Origin: a virus
Virus genome (UHGV): UHGV-0229283
DNA: 64,000 nucleotides
Reading direction: 5' to 3' (one strand)
The position numbers and the translations under genes are program-made. How positions within the stretch are numbered: position 1 is the stretch's first letter; each line of letters begins with the position of its first letter. Shown one piece after another: positions 40,906 to 50,290 of this stretch. Below the pieces are notes generated by a model. That model searched no databases and was not told the DNA's origin. It worked only from the letters and a program-made list of their open reading frames with translations.

Positions 40906-41385
40906 ATGATGAATTTTAGACCTACCACAGAAATAGATCTGGCTGGTAAGAACTTTGTAATCACACACTGGTCTCCGTCCAAGGTTATGAAAAACCTTCC
41001 GAAGATTGGTCGTTATATCGCAGTTCCAATGGCTACTATTAGTGGTGCATTGTTTACCGGAGGGTCTAACCTCTCTGAAGCACTACCTACCGCAATTCTA
41101 TACCTGTTTGAGCAGATGGAGCAAGATGATATCGAAAAACTATTCGAACTCATCCTTGAAGATGTGTCTGTGAACGGAATGGCTGGCAAGATTGATATTG
41201 ATACGGTCTTCCAGGATAAGATGTTGGACCTGATCAAATTGGTAGCGGAGGTTCTGAAGATTAACTACGGCTGTTTTTTCACGAAAGACGGTTTCGCAGA
41301 CCTTCAGGGACTTCTGGGCAACTTCGGGATGGTTCACCAAGTGGCGACGGTGGATCAGGAACCGACGGAAGTGGCAGCGGAGTAA
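40906..41385 (+). CDS. tail assembly chaperone (gpG-like)
   Basis: Position between tube and tape measure; contains slippery heptamer T_TTT_TTC at 41274-41280 with an open -1 frame downstream. Confidence 0.55.
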   Translation: MMNFRPTTEIDLAGKNFVITHWSPSKVMKNLPKIGRYIAVPMATISGALFTGGSNLSEALPTAILYLFEQMEQDDIEKLFELILEDVSVNGMAGKIDIDTVFQDKMLDLIKLVAEVLKINYGCFFTKDGFADLQGLLGNFGMVHQVATVDQEPTEVAAE

Positions 41386-41660
41386 CACCGTCCAAAATTT
41401 CTAAAGTCGTCCAAAGAGCTATTGATTATGCAAGAAAAAATAGTTCCCTGACGTGGTTCGACTATCTCTGGTGCCGTGCTCTGAAGAACTTTAAGGGAGA
41501 GTCTTATATCTCCCTTGAGTCTGCCGATATGGAATATTTGCTCAAGCTCAATGAGTATCTCGATGTCGAAGATTTCATAAACGATGTCCATGAGAAAGAA
41601 GAGAAATCGAGAGCAGACGCCGAAGCAGCTAAACCCCGAAGCAAAGGCAGAAGAGGTTAA
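41280..41660 (+). CDS. tail assembly chaperone -1 frameshift extension (gpGT-like fusion product)
   Basis: Frame -1 relative to the chaperone is open from 41265 to stop 41658-41660; no ATG start of its own; slippery site TTTTTTC at 41274-41280. Confidence 0.45.
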   Translation, partial: HERRFRRPSGTSGQLRDGSPSGDGGSGTDGSGSGVTPSKISKVVQRAIDYARKNSSLTWFDYLWCRALKNFKGESYISLESADMEYLLKLNEYLDVEDFINDVHEKEEKSRADAEAAKPRSKGRRG

Positions 41661-41710
41661 TCTCAAGCCAGGTTCCTTTTCAGGAGCCTGGCTTTTTTAT
41701 TGAGGAAATT

Positions 41711-44116
41711 ATGGCAAATATTATAGTGACTTCTACAGTCAACAAGGTAACATGGGACGTTGACAAAACGTCCTTTGGACGCGCCTTGAAAGCTGTAAAG
41801 CAAATTCGTTCCGAATGGGAAAAGACCGGGAAGGCTTTTTCTTCTGCTAAGGCCGACCCTGCTGCTGCCCTGAAACGTTCCGCCATGCAGGCGAGAATGG
41901 TTAATAAACGACTCAATCAAACTGAACGTGCAGAGGCGGCTAAGACCACAGCTCACAATATCGCAATGGCAAAGAAAGAAGCTCGTGCTCGTGAAGCCAT
42001 TGATAAGATTGAAAAGGCACGTCGTAAGGCTGCTGTCTCCAGACTAACTGCTGGTCGATCTCCAGAGTCGCAGGCAAACTATAATGCCCTGAAGGCACAG
42101 CTCCGTCAACAAGAAAAACTTGCTGCTAAGAACGGTGCTTATGGAACTAACCCTTCCATTTCTGCTGCACGTATGGCAGCATATGAAGCAAGTCTGAAAA
42201 ATAAGGGTGCTGGCGGCGGTGGTTCACCAATACTGAACGCTAATGCAACACCTTACGATCCTCGTCTTGCAGCACAACAACGTAAGGCAATGGAGCGTGA
42301 TCACGCACGTATGCGTCGTGAACAAGTCAAGCAGGATAAAGCTGACAATAAAGCCAGAGAGAAAATGGCCCGCGACGCAGAGCGGGAAGCTGGTAGAAGA
42401 GCAAGAGCACGGGAAGCGAAGATTAGCACAATATCTAACGCCAACATTCGTCTTCGTGCCAAGTATGGTGATAAATATGCAAGGAAATTGCCAGGTTATG
42501 ATTCCTTAGTTAACCGCTACATGAAGAGCGGGAACATGAAGGCATCAAATTTCCGTGCAGAACTTGCCTCTATGGAAACCGGACTCCGTAAGGCCAGCGC
42601 TAATACTCTTTCTTTGAATGATGGCTTGAGAAATCTACGCAGCACATTAATCAGTGTTACAGCAGCATACGGAGCGTTCAATGCCGCTGCAAGCGTTCTG
42701 AAAACTGGGCAGTTCTTCCAAGGTATGGAAGCAACAATGCTGATGGTCTCCGATGATTCTGCTGAGGCTGGTAAGCGTATTGAATTTGTGAGAAGCCAAG
42801 CGTATCGTTTAGGTCTCGACCTTAAGGTTGCAGCACAGGGTTATACCCAGATGTCTATCGCAGCAAACGGTGTACTTACTAAATCACAAAACGACCAACT
42901 CTTCAAGTCATTCTCTGAATATGCAACTGCCCTCCAGGTTGACCCTGTAAAATACCAACGCGGTATTACAGCTATTCAACAGATGATGGGTAAAGGCCAG
43001 ATCATGGCTGAAGAACTTAAGCAACAGCTTGCTGAAGGTATCCCAGGATCATTACAGGTGTTCATAAAGGCATCGCAAGAAGCTTTTAACGACTCCACCA
43101 TCGACGTTACCAAGTTGATGGATATGATGAAGAACGGGGAATTGAAGGCTGCTAAAGTGCTTCCGTTTGTTGCTAAATATTATGCAGAAGCTGCTAACAA
43201 GGGTGGCGCACTACAGAAAGCTTTACAAGGTAACCGGGTTGCTATGCAACGCCTTACCCAGACTTGGATGAACTTCCAGAACAAGATCTTCGAATCTGGA
43301 TTCGGTGATAAGATGACAGAGACATTTAATACCCTTGCCAAGATCTTGGATTCTAATGGTCCACTCGCCGCCGCCGTGGGTCAGTTTGTCGCTGGATTCA
43401 TAGACGGGTTCATGAAGATACCTTACGAATTATATAACTCTTTCATACTTGTAAAGGCCCTCCTTGAAGAGTACATCCCAATCTTCCGCGATAAGGGTGA
43501 TGAAATATCCAAAGCATGGAACTGGGTAGGTTGGGGAATAGGCGCTCTCTTCTTTGCAACATCCCTGATCCGTGTATTCAACATCTTAGCTAAGATCGCA
43601 GGCCTCGCCGGGGCTATCAAGGCCATTGGTAAGGTTTTTGGTGCAGGTGGCGATGCTGATGGCGACAGAGATACAAGGCGTAGAGGCCCCCGCTTAGGCA
43701 ATGTTGGTAAGGTTGCTCGTTGGGCTGGTCTGTATGGGTTGATAGCTGGGGAGAGTATGATCGGGGGTGACTATGTCTTCGACATGGCTCAAGATTTCAG
43801 CGATAACAGGTACGGGAAAGAAACCACGGCAGGCGGGAATTTGAAGAAAAATTCAGCGCTAGGAAGAGCCTGGGATTTCTTTTCAAACGCATGGAGTACC
43901 AAAGAAAGCAACAGATTAAATTATCTTCAAAACCAGAGCATGATGCCTGGTACAACAACTTCAGCGTCAACCCCTCCAATGGTTATCCCTACTGAGCCTG
44001 TCTCTGGTGAGATAACTATCAAACTGGATGCCGGAGAGCTGAAGGATATGATTGACCAACAGATCGAAGCATCGAATATGGGTAACATCAATTTGATCCT
44101 TGGTGTCCCAGATTAA
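41711..44116 (+). CDS. tail tape measure protein
   Basis: 801 aa; Ala/Lys/Arg/Glu-rich helical N-terminus; hydrophobic Gly-rich segments mid-protein; followed by a strong terminator. Confidence 0.8.
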   Translation: MANIIVTSTVNKVTWDVDKTSFGRALKAVKQIRSEWEKTGKAFSSAKADPAAALKRSAMQARMVNKRLNQTERAEAAKTTAHNIAMAKKEARAREAIDKIEKARRKAAVSRLTAGRSPESQANYNALKAQLRQQEKLAAKNGAYGTNPSISAARMAAYEASLKNKGAGGGGSPILNANATPYDPRLAAQQRKAMERDHARMRREQVKQDKADNKAREKMARDAEREAGRRARAREAKISTISNANIRLRAKYGDKYARKLPGYDSLVNRYMKSGNMKASNFRAELASMETGLRKASANTLSLNDGLRNLRSTLISVTAAYGAFNAAASVLKTGQFFQGMEATMLMVSDDSAEAGKRIEFVRSQAYRLGLDLKVAAQGYTQMSIAANGVLTKSQNDQLFKSFSEYATALQVDPVKYQRGITAIQQMMGKGQIMAEELKQQLAEGIPGSLQVFIKASQEAFNDSTIDVTKLMDMMKNGELKAAKVLPFVAKYYAEAANKGGALQKALQGNRVAMQRLTQTWMNFQNKIFESGFGDKMTETFNTLAKILDSNGPLAAAVGQFVAGFIDGFMKIPYELYNSFILVKALLEEYIPIFRDKGDEISKAWNWVGWGIGALFFATSLIRVFNILAKIAGLAGAIKAIGKVFGAGGDADGDRDTRRRGPRLGNVGKVARWAGLYGLIAGESMIGGDYVFDMAQDFSDNRYGKETTAGGNLKKNSALGRAWDFFSNAWSTKESNRLNYLQNQSMMPGTTTSASTPPMVIPTEPVSGEITIKLDAGELKDMIDQQIEASNMGNINLILGVPD

Positions 44117-44121
44117 TACAA

Positions 44122-44153
44122 GGGGCTTCGGCCCCTTTTTCGTTGTTTTATTT
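44122..44153 (+). terminator. rho-independent terminator after tape measure gene
   Basis: GGGGC-TTCG-GCCCC followed by TTTTTCGTTGTTTTATTT. Confidence 0.7.
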
Positions 44154-44197
44154 GAAGATTTATGATAAAATCATAACAAGCTTATTGAGGAGGCTTT

Positions 44198-45070
44198 ATG
44201 GCAGTTGTAGCAAGCAATCAGTCCAAACCGCAACAAGGTAAGGCTACAGCAAACGTTGAGCAAAAAGTCTCTACGGCTCAGAATGCCAGTAGTGAAGTTC
44301 AATATACATTGTTTGCGAGCGGACTTAATAACGGTGGCAGAAACGTTGAACTAAAGAATAAAAACTATACGGATAACATTGCAATCCTTTTTGATGTTGT
44401 TGAGGATCACTCTTATACCCGGACAGTTGACAAGACATCATACGCTGTTGAAAACAAAGTAAAATATAGTGACCACGGCGTTATTGAGGATGGGAAATTC
44501 TCTTTCAGTGCGAGAATCAATAGCTCGCCACTCTACATGATCGAGAACAACTACATCGACAAAGACACCGATCCTAACAACCCGGTAGAATCCCGACGCC
44601 CAGAAAAGGCCTTGGAGGTTTTGGAAAGGCTCATCACTGACCGCCAAATCGTTACGCTTGTAACGGAAGACCGCATCATTGAAAATTATATCCTTACCTC
44701 TTTGGAAGCAAGCCGCAGCAATTCAGATGGGGCAGCGCTGGTGTTTCAACTTGAGTTTACTGAGTTCCGTACTTTTACTCTTGGGAAGACAGCCTTAGCC
44801 ACGGTATATACCGACCCTAAAAAATCTGGGGGAAAAACAAAGCAGAAAGGCTCTGTTCAGTCTTCGGCTACAGATGACGAAGTAGACGTCACTGCAAGGA
44901 GAACAAAGTTTGCTGGGCCTAATCAAGATAGTTGGCAAGAAAGGGCTAAAAAATTAGGTGTTACAGGCAGGACTATGCAAGATGAGAAAGTGGGTACACT
45001 AACCCCGGATGGCAAGTTAAAGGACCTCAGCGGTAATGTTGTTGATTATGGCAAGGTGGTAGGTAACTAA
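44198..45070 (+). CDS. tail/baseplate protein
   Basis: First gene after the tape measure protein. Confidence 0.35.
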   Translation: MAVVASNQSKPQQGKATANVEQKVSTAQNASSEVQYTLFASGLNNGGRNVELKNKNYTDNIAILFDVVEDHSYTRTVDKTSYAVENKVKYSDHGVIEDGKFSFSARINSSPLYMIENNYIDKDTDPNNPVESRRPEKALEVLERLITDRQIVTLVTEDRIIENYILTSLEASRSNSDGAALVFQLEFTEFRTFTLGKTALATVYTDPKKSGGKTKQKGSVQSSATDDEVDVTARRTKFAGPNQDSWQERAKKLGVTGRTMQDEKVGTLTPDGKLKDLSGNVVDYGKVVGN

Positions 45071-45423
45071 TGGCAAAAATAACATTCACTTGGGACATAG
45101 ATGGGTTTGCGGACCAGACCATGCGTGTGGTTCTGGACAGTCAAACTTATGAAATGCGTTTTCAATGGAACGAGAGAGACGAGTCTTGGTTAGTATACTT
45201 TGGTGATGTCGGTTCCACACCTACAATTTCCTTTAAACTGACAACAATTTTTAATCTTTTGCAGCCATTCCAATACTTGGACAATATACCGGCAGGAGAC
45301 CTCTGTGTATTTTCTTTTACTCAATCCACTAAACGTGTAGGGAGATACAATATTGGATTTTTGTCAGACTTGCAACTACTTTACTCGTCTCCTGATGATG
45401 AGGTAACAACCGATGAGGAGTAA
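45070..45423 (+). CDS. baseplate-associated small protein
   Basis: TAATG coupling to the upstream gene. Confidence 0.3.
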   Translation: MAKITFTWDIDGFADQTMRVVLDSQTYEMRFQWNERDESWLVYFGDVGSTPTISFKLTTIFNLLQPFQYLDNIPAGDLCVFSFTQSTKRVGRYNIGFLSDLQLLYSSPDDEVTTDEE

Positions 45424-45426
45424 ACA

Positions 45427-46416
45427 ATGCCTGCTTACAGAACAAGAACCTATAAGCTGACGATAGGTAAACCAGTGTATGTTGGTGAAAAGCCTACCAA
45501 TATATCGGACTATACCAACCAGAATGCTAAAGATGCGTATTATATCAGTAATGAAACTGGTGCCGCAAACATCGAGTTTGAGGTCAAGAAGGACAATTCG
45601 AAGGAGCCCAATAAAGGGTATGTTACCATCTACAACCTCTCCGATGAGACGGTGAGCTACCTCGATGCTAACCAACGAGAGTCCATTGCTATCGTTCTTG
45701 AGGCCGGATTTGATGGTGAGAACCAGACTATCTTTTCTGGGACCGTAGAGTTTGTTCAGGATAAGTGGGACGGCAATACTCGTCAGACAAAGATGATCCT
45801 TGGTGATGCGACCGTAAATATTAAAACGGCAAAGACCTCTCGCTCTTATAAGAAAGGTACGCCAATAGACACGGTAGTCAGTGACCTTGCTTCTGATATG
45901 AAGCTCCCCATTGGGAAGATCGTCAAGTTTGGCGACCAAACTCTTCAGCACTCTATGTCCTTTACGGGTCTCGCCGCAAATAACTTGGAGAGATTAGCCA
46001 AGAATACAGGATCTACTTTCAGTGTTCAAGATGGTGCTGTATATTGGACCACGCAAGGGAAAAGATTTCAAAGGGCAGTTTTTGAGATCAGTGCTGAATC
46101 TGGTATGCATGATTCACCAACGCCACAGAACCCTGAGCCTGCAAAGAGGAGAAAGGAAAAAAGGGCCAAGTCTAAGAGAAAATCATCTAAGCCCCACGTA
46201 CCCACTTCCGCAGAGATAAAAGAAGACGCTGGGTTGGTGGTGGTAACAGAAATGAATGGCGCTATCATACCAGAATCAACGGTATTTTTAAAGAGCCAGA
46301 AATATACAGGTTTTTACAAGGTTGTTTACTTAACTCATAAAGGTCAGCTCGAAGGTGGGGATTGGATCACAGAGTTAGGACTTGCAGAAACCCGTGGTGG
46401 AATTGTGGAGGCCTAA
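45427..46416 (+). CDS. baseplate hub-like protein
   Basis: 329-aa ORF with basic Lys/Arg-rich internal segment; position before the spike protein. Confidence 0.4.
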   Translation: MPAYRTRTYKLTIGKPVYVGEKPTNISDYTNQNAKDAYYISNETGAANIEFEVKKDNSKEPNKGYVTIYNLSDETVSYLDANQRESIAIVLEAGFDGENQTIFSGTVEFVQDKWDGNTRQTKMILGDATVNIKTAKTSRSYKKGTPIDTVVSDLASDMKLPIGKIVKFGDQTLQHSMSFTGLAANNLERLAKNTGSTFSVQDGAVYWTTQGKRFQRAVFEISAESGMHDSPTPQNPEPAKRRKEKRAKSKRKSSKPHVPTSAEIKEDAGLVVVTEMNGAIIPESTVFLKSQKYTGFYKVVYLTHKGQLEGGDWITELGLAETRGGIVEA

Positions 46417-47117
46417 TGGCAGCAATAACCCGTATGGATGCAGCCCTTAATCAATGGTTTGCAAAACAGGCCAGAGATATTCACACAGGGCTAAGGGCAA
46501 CGGTAGTTGATGTAGACTATAGCATCCCGTCTGCAACAGTTCAACCTCTTGCGAGTACAAACTTCCCAGATGGGACTGTGGATGCCTATGGCTCTGTTTT
46601 TGATGTTCCCCTATCAATGCCTTCAGGTAATGGAGGAAAAGCCCGCCTAACGATTCCTGTGAAACCTGGTGATATTGTGGGTCTGAGCTTCTCAGAAAGG
46701 AATGAGAATGATAATAATGACCAGACAACTCATAATATGTTTCCTGGGTGGGCGATAATTGGTGTTCACAGCGATGGGAATGCCATGACGATCGATCCAG
46801 ACAATGTTGAACTTTGGAACGACAAGGTGCATTTCTCAATGACGCCTGCGGGTGATTTCACGCTGGAGACGCCAGTAGGAAAATTAGTGGTTGACCAATC
46901 TGGGAATTTCAAGTTCGATAATGGTGCGGCAAACCTGACAGCAGAATCTGGTGGTACGATTAAGATGAATGGTGCTCAAGTTACCCCTGATGGCAATATT
47001 ATTACTGCGCGGGGTGTAAACATGAATGATTTTTATGATTATTTTATTCGCCATACACATCACTACACTTGGACAGATGATGGTGGTCAGAACAATACCG
47101 ATGCTCCAAATGCATGA
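46416..47117 (+). CDS. baseplate central spike protein (gpV/gp5-like)
   Basis: C-terminal apex motif FIRHTHHYTW (HxH metal-binding tip typical of spike proteins); start ATG overlaps upstream stop. Confidence 0.5.
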   Translation: MAAITRMDAALNQWFAKQARDIHTGLRATVVDVDYSIPSATVQPLASTNFPDGTVDAYGSVFDVPLSMPSGNGGKARLTIPVKPGDIVGLSFSERNENDNNDQTTHNMFPGWAIIGVHSDGNAMTIDPDNVELWNDKVHFSMTPAGDFTLETPVGKLVVDQSGNFKFDNGAANLTAESGGTIKMNGAQVTPDGNIITARGVNMNDFYDYFIRHTHHYTWTDDGGQNNTDAPNA

Positions 47118-47126
47118 GGGGAATAG

Positions 47127-47741
47127 ATGGCAACTCTTTATTCTGACTTCTTGATGGACCCTGTTACTGGAGATCTTGATGTTTCTACAGGTCTTCAGTT
47201 GATAGAATCCAATCAAGTAAGTCTACGACAGCGCTTATGGCTAAGGTTTAATGTGTGGGCAGGGGATTGGTATTTTGATGAGACCTTTGGATTTCCATAC
47301 AGAACCTACATAAGTAAAAAAGTTATGAAGACGGTCCTTGATAATAAGATAAAGGAAATAACCCGTCTTGAACCGGATGTTTTAGAAATTGCAGATTTCC
47401 AGTCTGTAATGGACCATACAACAAGAAGCTATTCTGCCTTTTTTGAAGTTTTAACAAAAGAGCAGGAGATTGTAAGAATAGCCTTCGTGGGTGCTGATGA
47501 TTACTACTACCCGACGCCAAACCCTGAAACAACAACACTTTGCGGAGATGAGGGCTGGATACCTTGGGGAAATAAGTTATACTACCTTATCAACTTTAGA
47601 TTACCTAAGACTGGTGATGCAACTTGGTGGAATACTTGGGCGGGTGATATGGAAAACCCTGTACCACCAGGGACCCTTCTGACCAGAAAAAGTGACCCAG
47701 TAGCCACTCCAGGTGATAAGACTATAAACACTATAAAATAA
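47127..47741 (+). CDS. baseplate protein
   Basis: 204-aa ORF in the baseplate block. Confidence 0.35.
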   Translation: MATLYSDFLMDPVTGDLDVSTGLQLIESNQVSLRQRLWLRFNVWAGDWYFDETFGFPYRTYISKKVMKTVLDNKIKEITRLEPDVLEIADFQSVMDHTTRSYSAFFEVLTKEQEIVRIAFVGADDYYYPTPNPETTTLCGDEGWIPWGNKLYYLINFRLPKTGDATWWNTWAGDMENPVPPGTLLTRKSDPVATPGDKTINTIK

Positions 47742-47862
47742 AAATCACCACAATTCAAGATTTCTTTTAGGTCTGTGCTCCCATAAGGCAGACCATTGTT
47801 CTTTTAAATCTTTGAACTTTGTGGTAAAATGTACTAATGTTAAGAAGAGGGGTAAATATAAG

Positions 47863-49902
47863 ATGCTACAGAGTGTTAAAATATCTGAGTTGCCAAGTGC
47901 AGACACTTTAACAGAAGATGACCTGATCGTTATCGACCAACCAGACTATACAAAGAAGGCGACTTTATTTCAAGTATTAAATCATCTTAAAGACTCAGTT
48001 GAGCAGTCAACGCTGGTGGTTTTGGAACAACCAGATGGATTGAAGCACATAGGACGTTGCCAGGATATTGCCACTCTAAGAACGATCGAGCCTACGGAGC
48101 AAGGTCAAAAAATTGAAGTGGTTAGCTACTACAATGACTGGTCTGCTACTGCCGCCGGCCCTATTGGTGGGGGGGAATTTTACTATGACAGCAGCGATAC
48201 CACCACTGATGATGATGGCATATTCACCTTCGTCACCGCCGGTGGAGCAAGGTGGAAAAGGGTTATAAATACCGGGGAGTACAGCATAGAGTTTGGTGGA
48301 TGCAGGCCAGGTGATGATATAGTTAGCGTTGTACATACTCTGCGGGACAGAATCCTGCAAGACTTTTTAGACAAGCAAACGACTGCAACTGTTCCGGTTG
48401 ATTATGATCTAGCCTCTATAATTATCCCGGCTGGTAACTACATTGTGAGTGAGTGCATCACTCTTTACACTATGACTCCTATTTTTTGCAATGGTCGGGT
48501 TACTTTTGATGGGAGGCAAGTGACACAAAAAGCCATTTTTTGCGTATCACATGATACTCTGGCTGGGGTTACTTTTCCAAAATACCTACCAGAAGGGCCA
48601 GTAATTGGAGGTACTCAGCAATTTGCTATAATTGGTTCTCAAACCGTCCCAGGATTCATGTATGGTAACACCGTAGAGAAACGCCCAGTCCTTGTGGGAC
48701 GCATGCTGGAAAACGCCAGCATACGTTACGTTTCAAAATTCATTGAATGCAATGGTGAGTATGACACTTACCTGTGCACCTTTAAAAAGGTTAGCTGCTA
48801 TCTTTCAACTAGCCACGGAATCCATTTCTCAGCTACAAACTCAGTCAATTCAGGTGAGCGCAACTCGTTTGAAGAAGTAAACATCGGAGGGTGCGGTGGC
48901 AACTCTGTTCATATTAAGCAATCAGGGCTGCAACTATCCCTAATCAGCACATCCATTGATTTTGCTTCAGGCGATGGAATTCATATCGAAGACACGGCAT
49001 CCTTTGTCTCTGTGGACGTGTCTGGAGGTAGCCACGCAGAAGCGATAGACGGTTATTTCATTTACAACACAAGTTTCAGGAACCTTGTTACCTGGAATGG
49101 TGGGCAATGGTTGCCAACGAATAGGACTGGCGCGGCAAGAACAAACTATCAGGGTAGGCAGCTTGTATATGGTGACTTAAATACCATCAAGTTAAGAGAT
49201 GTACTTATCCTAAATACCGCAGTTGCCGATGGGGAGAGTGTTTATATTGGAAAGTCATCATCATCTAGCTATCTGGATGCGACTGGGTGTAGAGATCAAT
49301 ACGGACTTGTTGGCAGCTCTGAGTCTATAGCTAACGCAGGCTCAGACATGTCTAAGGAGTTAGAGGGATTTACTTTCTCAAGTACAAATATGAAAGCAGT
49401 GTCGTTTCAAAAACCAGACGATATTACTTTTTGGTACGCAGGGCTCACCGCTAAAATAGCAAAAGATGATGATAATAATTTGGTTCTTCAATTAGTGCCC
49501 AATACAGAGGGGCTTGTGAGCAACTATCTAAACATCACTACGGTTGATTATATGCCTGTTATTCCAGGTAAGAGCTTGATGAAGGTTTGGGGCGTGGGTC
49601 AAAAATTGAGTGCTGACCTGCGATTTAGAATCCAATGCAATGTTAAGTGGTATGATTCAAATAAAACGCTCATATCGACAACAACTAGCGGCGGGATAAC
49701 CGATATTGTTACTAACTCAAAAATAACTACATCGCCATCCTATTCAACTGATGCTACTGTGAATGGGAAAAGAAAGCTGGCGACCTATGTGACATCACTT
49801 AGAGCGCCGGCCGGGGCTGTGTTTGCGAAACCTTACTGGCTAATCAGCGGTGTAGATAAAACGGTGAATGTAACCCGCCTGGCATGTGCAATAGAGGGAT
49901 GA
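47863..49902 (+). CDS. tailspike/receptor-binding protein 1
   Basis: N-terminus KISELPSADTLTEDDLIVIDQPDYTKKATLFQV is shared with ORFs at 50291 and 54303; long C-terminal domain with beta-helix-like repeats. Confidence 0.5.
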   Translation: MLQSVKISELPSADTLTEDDLIVIDQPDYTKKATLFQVLNHLKDSVEQSTLVVLEQPDGLKHIGRCQDIATLRTIEPTEQGQKIEVVSYYNDWSATAAGPIGGGEFYYDSSDTTTDDDGIFTFVTAGGARWKRVINTGEYSIEFGGCRPGDDIVSVVHTLRDRILQDFLDKQTTATVPVDYDLASIIIPAGNYIVSECITLYTMTPIFCNGRVTFDGRQVTQKAIFCVSHDTLAGVTFPKYLPEGPVIGGTQQFAIIGSQTVPGFMYGNTVEKRPVLVGRMLENASIRYVSKFIECNGEYDTYLCTFKKVSCYLSTSHGIHFSATNSVNSGERNSFEEVNIGGCGGNSVHIKQSGLQLSLISTSIDFASGDGIHIEDTASFVSVDVSGGSHAEAIDGYFIYNTSFRNLVTWNGGQWLPTNRTGAARTNYQGRQLVYGDLNTIKLRDVLILNTAVADGESVYIGKSSSSSYLDATGCRDQYGLVGSSESIANAGSDMSKELEGFTFSSTNMKAVSFQKPDDITFWYAGLTAKIAKDDDNNLVLQLVPNTEGLVSNYLNITTVDYMPVIPGKSLMKVWGVGQKLSADLRFRIQCNVKWYDSNKTLISTTTSGGITDIVTNSKITTSPSYSTDATVNGKRKLATYVTSLRAPAGAVFAKPYWLISGVDKTVNVTRLACAIEG

Positions 49903-49907
49903 TAAAG

Positions 49908-50135
49908 ATGAATATCATATTGAAGTTTGATAGCGAGGAAGTGGCCTCATCGACCATGGAAGCGGCAGGGCTTTCTATAGGATCGGATGCTGTTAAGTTT
50001 TCAGGTTACAAGTCTGAACGTCCTGATATGAGTGCTAAATTTTTTATCATGTTAAGTGCCGATGAAATACCTGATTCACTATACGACCATGAGTATGACT
50101 ATAGCGAACCGGTACTGGCTCATGATTCATTTTAG
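49908..50135 (+). CDS. small hypothetical protein (possible fibre chaperone)
   Basis: 75-aa ORF between two receptor-binding-protein genes. Confidence 0.3.
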   Translation: MNIILKFDSEEVASSTMEAAGLSIGSDAVKFSGYKSERPDMSAKFFIMLSADEIPDSLYDHEYDYSEPVLAHDSF

Positions 50136-50290
50136 TCTTAAATTTCACACTAACTACGGCCTGCAACGGTTAGTGAAAAAAAAAATCTGTCGTGGCGCAT
50201 GTAGTCGTTCCCCCTTCGCTATGCAAGGCCTTAACAATTATATGACAGTCACCATGTACTGTTTCAGACTAATTTCTTGGAGGACAAAAG

